From Ferroglobus placidus DSM 10642 (GTDB taxonomy: Archaea; Halobacteriota; Archaeoglobi; Archaeoglobales; Archaeoglobaceae): DNA of 32,000 bases. Below the pieces are notes generated by a model that was not told the DNA's origin, ran no database searches, and was given only the letters and a program-made list of their open reading frames with translations. Below are positions 27,139 to 32,000 of the stretch, piece by piece. Numbering within the stretch: the first letter of the stretch is position 1; each line of letters begins with the position of its first letter. A program made the position numbers and the translations under genes. Location of the stretch: assembly GCF_000025505.1 (NCBI RefSeq), contig NC_013849.1, positions 1,980,001-2,012,000 of the forward strand, in the 5' to 3' direction.

Positions 27139-29124
27139 ATGGTTGGGAAACTGTATGCCTACGCTGGTAAGACGTTGAAAGTTGATCTGACGAGGGAGAA
27201 AGTCGTTGAAGAACCTTTGAATAAAGAGCTTGCGAGAAAATTCCTCGGAGGAAGGGGTTTGAACGCTAAGCTGCTTTTCGATCTTGTCCCTCCGGATGTC
27301 CATCCCCTAAGCCCTAAAAACGTTTTGCTTATAGCTACTGGACCAATAAACGGTCTTCTTGGGGTTACAACTGGAAGAATTGACGTCACATCCCTCTCAC
27401 CGCTAACCGGAATATTTGGAAATTCCAACGCTGGAACGGATTTTGCTGCAGAACTGAAATACGCTGGTTACGATAACATAATAATCTTTGGAAGGGCAAA
27501 AAAGCCAGTTTACCTTCTTATAGAAGACGGCAGTGTGGAAATCAGAGATGCTTCAGATTTGAAAGGAGCTGGAGTATTCGAAACAACACATGTTCTTAAA
27601 GAAAGGCACGGGGACGTAAAGGTTGCTGCAATCGGACCAGCTGCAGAAAACGGAGTTCTTTACGGTTCAATCATCTTCGACTACTGGGATGCTGCCGGAA
27701 GGAGCGGTATGGGCACGGTAATGGCTTCGAAAAATTTGAAAGCTATAGCAGTAAGAGGTAGCGGATCCCTTGAAGTTGCGGACCCAGAAAGGTACTACGA
27801 AGTTGTAAGAGAAGGGTGGCTTGCACTTATGAACGATCCCGGATTTAAAACTCAAGAGCATTCGGTTCTTGGAACTGCAGTTTGCGTTGGTTGGGGTAAC
27901 GCTCAAGGATGGCTTCCTACAAGGAACTTCAGAGAATCTTATTTCGAAGAGGCAGATAAGATAAGCGGAGAAGTTTTCAGAGACAAGTATTCGGTTAAGG
28001 ATTCTCCCATCCCGGCTGGGAGAGCCTGCATGTCTTGTCCTAACAGATGCAAGCGTTATGGAGTGATAAGAAGCGGTAAGTATGCCGGAACGAGGGGGAA
28101 CATTGAATTTGAAGCTATAGCTGCTTTTGGAAGTAAGTGCGGAGTGAGCGACTTCGATGCTGTTTTCCATGCGAACATGCTTGCTAACGATTACGGAATG
28201 GATGCGGTTTCTACAGGAAACATGATTGCCACATTCATGGAACTCAGAGAAGAGGGAATTATAGATGAGAAGTTTCTGGATGGACTTGACCTCAGGTTCG
28301 GGAATGCTGATGCTATGATCGAAGCCATACACAAAATTGCTAAGAGAGAAGGAAAAATTGGAGAGCTTGGTGCCCTCGGATCTTATTTGGCTACGAAAGC
28401 CATTGGAGACAAGGCGGTCTATTACACCTCCAACATCAAAGGAATGGATTCAATAGCATGCGATCCGAGAGCAGCTAAAGGCTTTGGTTTCGCTTTTGCT
28501 GTTGCAAGCAGAGGTTCGGATCATTTAAGAGCTCATCCGGTTTTTGAAATGCTGAAATTCCCGCCAGAAGTTGGGAAGGAGCTTTTTGGTAGTCCGGAAG
28601 CAGTTGATCTGAGAAAGTACGGAGGAAAACCGGAAATGGTTGCATGGCACGAGGAGTTGGCTGCTATAACAGACTCAATCGGCTCCTGCCGCTTCATGCA
28701 CGCAAGCTACTACATTCAATATCCAGTTCCAGAACTTCTGCACAAGTACCTAAAGCTTGGAGGAAAAGCTTACTCTTTAAAGTACCACGAATGGATATCA
28801 GCCGCTACCGGTTGGGAGATTAGCTATGAGGACCTGCTGAGAATTGGAAAAAGGATCATTACCGTTGAGAGAGCGTTCAATACGAGGAGGGGCATAAGAA
28901 GAAAAGACGATACCTTGCCGGAAAGATTCTTCAAAGAGAAAATTCCAAAAGGTCCGGCTAAAGGAGAAGTTTACTCAAAAGAGGTTTTCGAAAAAATGCT
29001 CGATCGCTATTACGAGATCCGGGGATGGGATAAAGAGACCGGATTAATTAAAAGAGAGACTCTCGAATCCCTTGAGCTTCACGATGTCCTAAGTGTTCTC
29101 GAAAAAGAGGGGTTGGTGGTATAA
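27139..29124 (+). CDS. Aldehyde:ferredoxin oxidoreductase (AOR) family tungsten/molybdenum enzyme
   Basis: KFLGGRGLNAKLLFD, TGRIDVTSLSPLTGIFGNSNAG, GRACMSCPNRCKRYG, DSIGSCRF; start moved to ATG 27139. Confidence 0.92.
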   Translation: MVGKLYAYAGKTLKVDLTREKVVEEPLNKELARKFLGGRGLNAKLLFDLVPPDVHPLSPKNVLLIATGPINGLLGVTTGRIDVTSLSPLTGIFGNSNAGTDFAAELKYAGYDNIIIFGRAKKPVYLLIEDGSVEIRDASDLKGAGVFETTHVLKERHGDVKVAAIGPAAENGVLYGSIIFDYWDAAGRSGMGTVMASKNLKAIAVRGSGSLEVADPERYYEVVREGWLALMNDPGFKTQEHSVLGTAVCVGWGNAQGWLPTRNFRESYFEEADKISGEVFRDKYSVKDSPIPAGRACMSCPNRCKRYGVIRSGKYAGTRGNIEFEAIAAFGSKCGVSDFDAVFHANMLANDYGMDAVSTGNMIATFMELREEGIIDEKFLDGLDLRFGNADAMIEAIHKIAKREGKIGELGALGSYLATKAIGDKAVYYTSNIKGMDSIACDPRAAKGFGFAFAVASRGSDHLRAHPVFEMLKFPPEVGKELFGSPEAVDLRKYGGKPEMVAWHEELAAITDSIGSCRFMHASYYIQYPVPELLHKYLKLGGKAYSLKYHEWISAATGWEISYEDLLRIGKRIITVERAFNTRRGIRRKDDTLPERFFKEKIPKGPAKGEVYSKEVFEKMLDRYYEIRGWDKETGLIKRETLESLELHDVLSVLEKEGLVV

Positions 29125-29325
29125 ATGCCCCTTTGTAAAGCTTGTAAGAAAAGAATAGACCTCTCTCAGCCAAACGTTTACGTTAACATTTGCAGGAAGT
29201 GTGGAAAAACGTTTTGCGATCTTCACTTTGACAAATCAAAGAAGCTTTGCGCATTCTGCTTAGGAGTCAAGCCAGAGGAGATGGAAGCAAGAAAGGGTGC
29301 GAGGATAACCTTCATAAGGAGGTGA
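29125..29325 (+). CDS. Small Cys/His-rich zinc-finger protein
   Basis: CKACKKRIDL...CRKCGKTFCDLHFDKSKKLCAFC; tightly coupled to AOR and MoaD. Confidence 0.7.
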   Translation: MPLCKACKKRIDLSQPNVYVNICRKCGKTFCDLHFDKSKKLCAFCLGVKPEEMEARKGARITFIRR

Positions 29326-29333
29326 TGATCAAG

Positions 29334-29621
29334 TTGATCGTTTTTGTGAAATATCTCGGATATTTTTCCCAAATCATCGGAAAAAGGGAAGAAAAAGTTT
29401 CGTTAGATAAAGGGGCGACGGTAGAAGTTTTGCTCCAAAATCTCGCTAAAAAATACGGTAGGAAGTTTGAAGAAGCTGTAGCTTCAAGAGCGTTTAGAAG
29501 TGCGGTAATTCTCGTCAATGGAGAGCAAGCGGATATGAAGAGAAAGCTAAATCATGGGGATAATGTTGTCATTTCTTTTCCGATGGGTGGGGGATCGCTT
29601 AGGGTCTGCCCCCGAAATTAA
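29334..29621 (+). CDS. MoaD/ThiS-like ubiquitin-fold sulfur carrier
   Basis: IVFVKYLGYFSQIIGKREEKVSLDKGATVEVLLQNLAKKYG...SAVILVNGEQADMKRKLNHGDNVVISFPMGGG; TTG start at 29334 spaced 7 nt from GGAGGTGAT (ATG at 29325 is an alternative). Confidence 0.8.
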   Translation: MIVFVKYLGYFSQIIGKREEKVSLDKGATVEVLLQNLAKKYGRKFEEAVASRAFRSAVILVNGEQADMKRKLNHGDNVVISFPMGGGSLRVCPRN

Positions 29622-29861
29622 ACGAATTCTAATGATTCCGTTCAAAGCTGGTTGTATGGTTTTAGGAGATTGTACAGTATGGAGGGAGTTATTTTGACAG
29701 CCTCTTTTTCAGTAAATGTGGTTTTTGGAATAAGTGGAAAATAAGCTGTTTGGGTTGCAATAGAAAAGAGAGGAAAAATCGCTTTCGGACTTAAAGGAGT
29801 GTTATCAGAGGTTTTCGAAAAACTTCTCGAAATGGCTTGAAAAAAGGTTATGCTGGGTAAG

Positions 29862-30554
29862 ATGAGCAAACAGACGGCTAAGGATTACGTCAGCGCAATT
29901 TCACGTTTTCTCGAAGACGAGATAAGAACGCCGAAGGATCTCGAAAACGCAATCCTGAAATCGCAAGGAGACAAGTTCGCAAAGGGAATAAGGAGATTCT
30001 TCAACTTCCTCGAAGATGAGGAGGTGGACGAACTCCTCGGCTTCCCCTTAGACAAGTGGAAGAAGAAAGCCCACATCAAGAAATACGACCCGAGGGAGGT
30101 TTTCATCAGCGACGAAGAACTCATCGAAGCCTATAACGAAGTTGCCGAGAAGTTCCCCGAACTCGAAACCATCCTTAAGCTGATGGTCTTCTCGGGAGTG
30201 AGGCTGAAATAGATTCTCGAAGCGCTCGAAACTTTCGACTCAGAGAACGTGGTAAAAGTGAACGGAAAGGTCGCAAGATACCCCATCGCTTCAGCGTCCA
30301 AAGGGAAGAAGAAAGCCTTTTGGATGCACTTCCCGGCAGAACTCGAAATTAAACCGATGAACGTAAGTTACCACGTTGCAAGGGAAAAGCTGAACCTCGG
30401 AAGAGTTTCGGCTAACTCGATCAGGAAGTGGAACTACAACTTTTTGATCTTGAATGAAGTTCCCGAAAGCGTTGCCGACTTCATTCAGGGAAGGGCGTCG
30501 GTAACCGTCGGAAGCTCCCACTACTTAGAAAAAACGAGACAAGCCATAGAATGA
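29862..30554 (+). pseudogene. Archaeal tyrosine recombinase/integrase with in-frame TAG
   Basis: SKQTAKDYVSAISRFLEDEI...LKLMVFSGVRLK*ILEALETFDSENVVKVNGKVARYP...SIRKWNYNFLILNEVPESVADFIQGRASVTVGSSHYLEKTRQA; both parts share one frame around the TAG at 30210-30212. Confidence 0.75.
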
Positions 30555-30556
30555 CA

Positions 30557-30928
30557 TCAGCCAACGACGGGAATGCTCACTTCGATCTCATCGTAGGGAA
30601 CGACAGGAACCTTTCTTCTCCTCTTACCTTTTTTCTCTTCCACGAATTTGACGAGTCCGAGCATTTCGAGAATTTCCAGATCCTTGATCACGTTCCTCCT
30701 GTTCCTCCCCAACAACTTAGCCAGTTCGTAAACGCTTTTCGGATTCTTCTCTTTTATCACGTGCAGAATCTTCAACCTTTCCGGAGTCAGAATTTTTCTG
30801 AGCGCTTCGTAACTCTCGAAAACGATTCTCTCGAACTCCACATCCTCTCCTTCATCGATTCTCCTCGCTACCTCCAAAAGTTCCTCCCTACTATCTCTCC
30901 TCCCGATCTCAATCCTCAACTTTACCAT
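30557..30928 (-). CDS. HTH regulator / putative antitoxin
   Basis: MVKLRIEIGRRDSREELLEVARRIDEG...LTPERLKILHVIKEKNPKSVYELAKLLGRNRRNVIKDLEILEMLGLVKF; start at ATG 30928. Confidence 0.75.
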   Translation of the reverse strand: MVKLRIEIGRRDSREELLEVARRIDEGEDVEFERIVFESYEALRKILTPERLKILHVIKEKNPKSVYELAKLLGRNRRNVIKDLEILEMLGLVKFVEEKKGKRRRKVPVVPYDEIEVSIPVVG

Positions 30929-31219
30929 ACAGCACCTCCTCCACGATTTTAACATCCTCGAAGAACCTCTCAATCAGCTTTTCGACGCTTTCAAACTCTA
31001 TTCCCTCCTCTTTATCGAAGAAGTGTCTGTGGTGTCCTTATCCCCTTTCGTTGTCGTAGCCGAGAACTCTCCTGTAGCTTTCGCCTTCAACGTGAACGTA
31101 AGCCATCGAGTACTTCACACCTCGGGAAAATCCTCGGACTTCGGAACCCTTCAAATATTGATCCGAATAATGTCCCCATGATCGTTGACCTCCTTGTAAT
31201 CCACGAGCAATTTTGCCAT
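30909..31219 (-). pseudogene. Decayed DUF6516-like putative toxin
   Basis: Reconstructed MAKLLVDYKEVNDHGDIIRINI*RVPKSEDFPE/(frameshift)/GVKYSMAYVHVEGESYRRVLGYDNERG*GHHRHFFDKEEGIEFESVEKLIERFFEDVKIVEEVLYG; overlaps the HTH gene start. Confidence 0.7.
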
Positions 31220-31222
31220 TCA

Positions 31223-31247
31223 ATATGTGTTATGTAAGCACACATAT
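31223..31247. promoter_or_regulatory. Palindromic operator of the toxin/HTH operon
   Basis: ATATGTGT-TATGTAAGC-ACACATAT, perfect 8-bp arms next to the minus-strand TTTAAATA TATA-like box (31244-31251) and just upstream of the pseudogene start. Confidence 0.65.
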
Positions 31248-31511
31248 TTAAAGCTATCGAGTTTAGGCAGCTCCCCCTCGTTATCACCTTAGAACTCGTT
31301 AAGGTTTTGGTGCAAAACTCGTCGCCTAATGTAAGTAAGCTGTAGTATCGCTTTTTGGCTGTTAACTTGACGTCAACGCTTCAATCTTTCCAAGTATTTT
31401 TTAATGTCCAAAAAAATAAATTAAATTAAAAAATTTATCTCTACCCTTAGCGTTCGCATGCCTAACTTGAAATCCCAAACCCTTTTAACCTCTCAATTAA
31501 AATAAGAAAAC

Positions 31512-31694
31512 ATGGATGTCGAGGTTGTGAAGCGAGCAGTCAGAGAGGTTCTGAGAGAAGAGCTTGAGAGGGTTCTCAAAGAAGTAGTTTTAAATCTGAT
31601 TCCCGAAGATGAGCCCGAAGAGGACGAAAAAGAATTCGTGGGGGAAGAAATCTCAGAGAAAGATTACATTCCACTCAAGGAGGTCATGAAGTGA
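31512..31694 (+). CDS. Small acidic putative antitoxin
   Basis: 60 aa MDVEVVKRAVREVLREELERVLKEVV...EDEPEEDEKEF; overlaps the downstream RelE-like gene. Confidence 0.65.
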   Translation: MDVEVVKRAVREVLREELERVLKEVVLNLIPEDEPEEDEKEFVGEEISEKDYIPLKEVMK

Positions 31695-31948
31695 ATGAAG
31701 TCCTTCTTCATAAAAGAGTCGTCAAGTTTCTCGATAAACTCGACAAAAGAAGGAAGGAAAGCATTTTAAAAGTTTTGAAATCTCTTGAAAACTTCCCTTT
31801 AATTAGAGCTGATATAAAGAAGATCGGTAATAGAACATACAGGATGAGAACGGGAGACCTCAGAATAATTTTCGATTACATCAAAGATGAGGATAAGATC
31901 TTCGTCAAATTGGTTGATTTCAGAGGGAAAGTTTATAAGAAAATGTAA
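31691..31948 (+). CDS. RelE/ParE-superfamily toxin
   Basis: 85 aa VVKFLDKLDKRRKESILKVLKSLENFPLIRADIKKIGNRTYRMRTGDLRIIFDYIKDEDKIFVKLVDFRGKVYKKM; GTG start. Confidence 0.85.
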   Translation: MNEVLLHKRVVKFLDKLDKRRKESILKVLKSLENFPLIRADIKKIGNRTYRMRTGDLRIIFDYIKDEDKIFVKLVDFRGKVYKKM

Positions 31949-32000
31949 AAAACTCCACCATGCTGGACGGGAACCCGAGGATCGCAACTTTTATTTTTAT

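Noticed and set aside
27667-28332. 221-aa minus-strand ORF
   Set aside because: Mirror of the AOR coding sequence; no independent start signal or family similarity.
29632-29850. Possible gene remnant (e.g. EKRGKIAFGLKGVLSEVFEKLLEMA*) before the integrase
   Set aside because: Coding-like fragment but no recognisable family and no continuous frame; cannot be supported without a search.
30210-30212. Pyrrolysine decoding of the integrase TAG
   Set aside because: Glu is expected at this position and no pyl genes or PYLIS-like structure are visible in the window; the nonsense-mutation explanation is simpler.
30909-31219. Programmed recoding of the DUF6516-like gene
   Set aside because: Two different stop codons plus a frameshift in ~100 codons fits decay far better than multiple recoding events.
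1-32000. CRISPR arrays, rRNA and tRNA genes
   Set aside because: No regularly spaced repeats, rRNA-like segments or convincing tRNA cloverleaf noticed by eye; tRNAscan-SE and Infernal would be needed to exclude small RNAs.

Overview
The window looks like a chromosomal segment of a thermophilic euryarchaeon. Archaeoglobaceae, possibly Ferroglobus-like, is an inference from gene content and promoter style only. Left to right: (1) A-type ATP synthase genes on the minus strand (H-I-K-E-C); (2) a ~25 kb catabolic region with an acyl-CoA ligase, CoA-transferase, SSS symporter plus a 39-aa membrane ORF, ETF, an OYE/dienoyl-CoA-reductase-like flavoenzyme, a soluble reductive-dehalogenase-like protein, 3-hydroxyacyl-CoA dehydrogenase, thiolase + DUF35, a hydantoinase/acetone-acetophenone-carboxylase-type HyuA/HyuB pair, two small V4R/ATC-hydrolase-like proteins, acyl-CoA dehydrogenase, a divergent B12 acyl-CoA mutase, a DUF128 regulator and an AOR/ferredoxin/MoaD module; (3) a decayed mobile/toxin-antitoxin island. 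Main observations: a near-identical promoter/operator element (TAACCGTTAAATTTATAT) upstream of four catabolic transcription units; non-canonical motifs in the B12 mutase; a C8-tract frameshift in hyuB; an IS1-family insertion directly after a stop codon that splits a probable oxidoreductase-dehalogenase-like operon; an integrase with an in-frame TAG; and a DUF6516-like toxin pseudogene whose HTH partner and palindromic operator are intact. All family calls come from reading motifs by eye; no database search was run.
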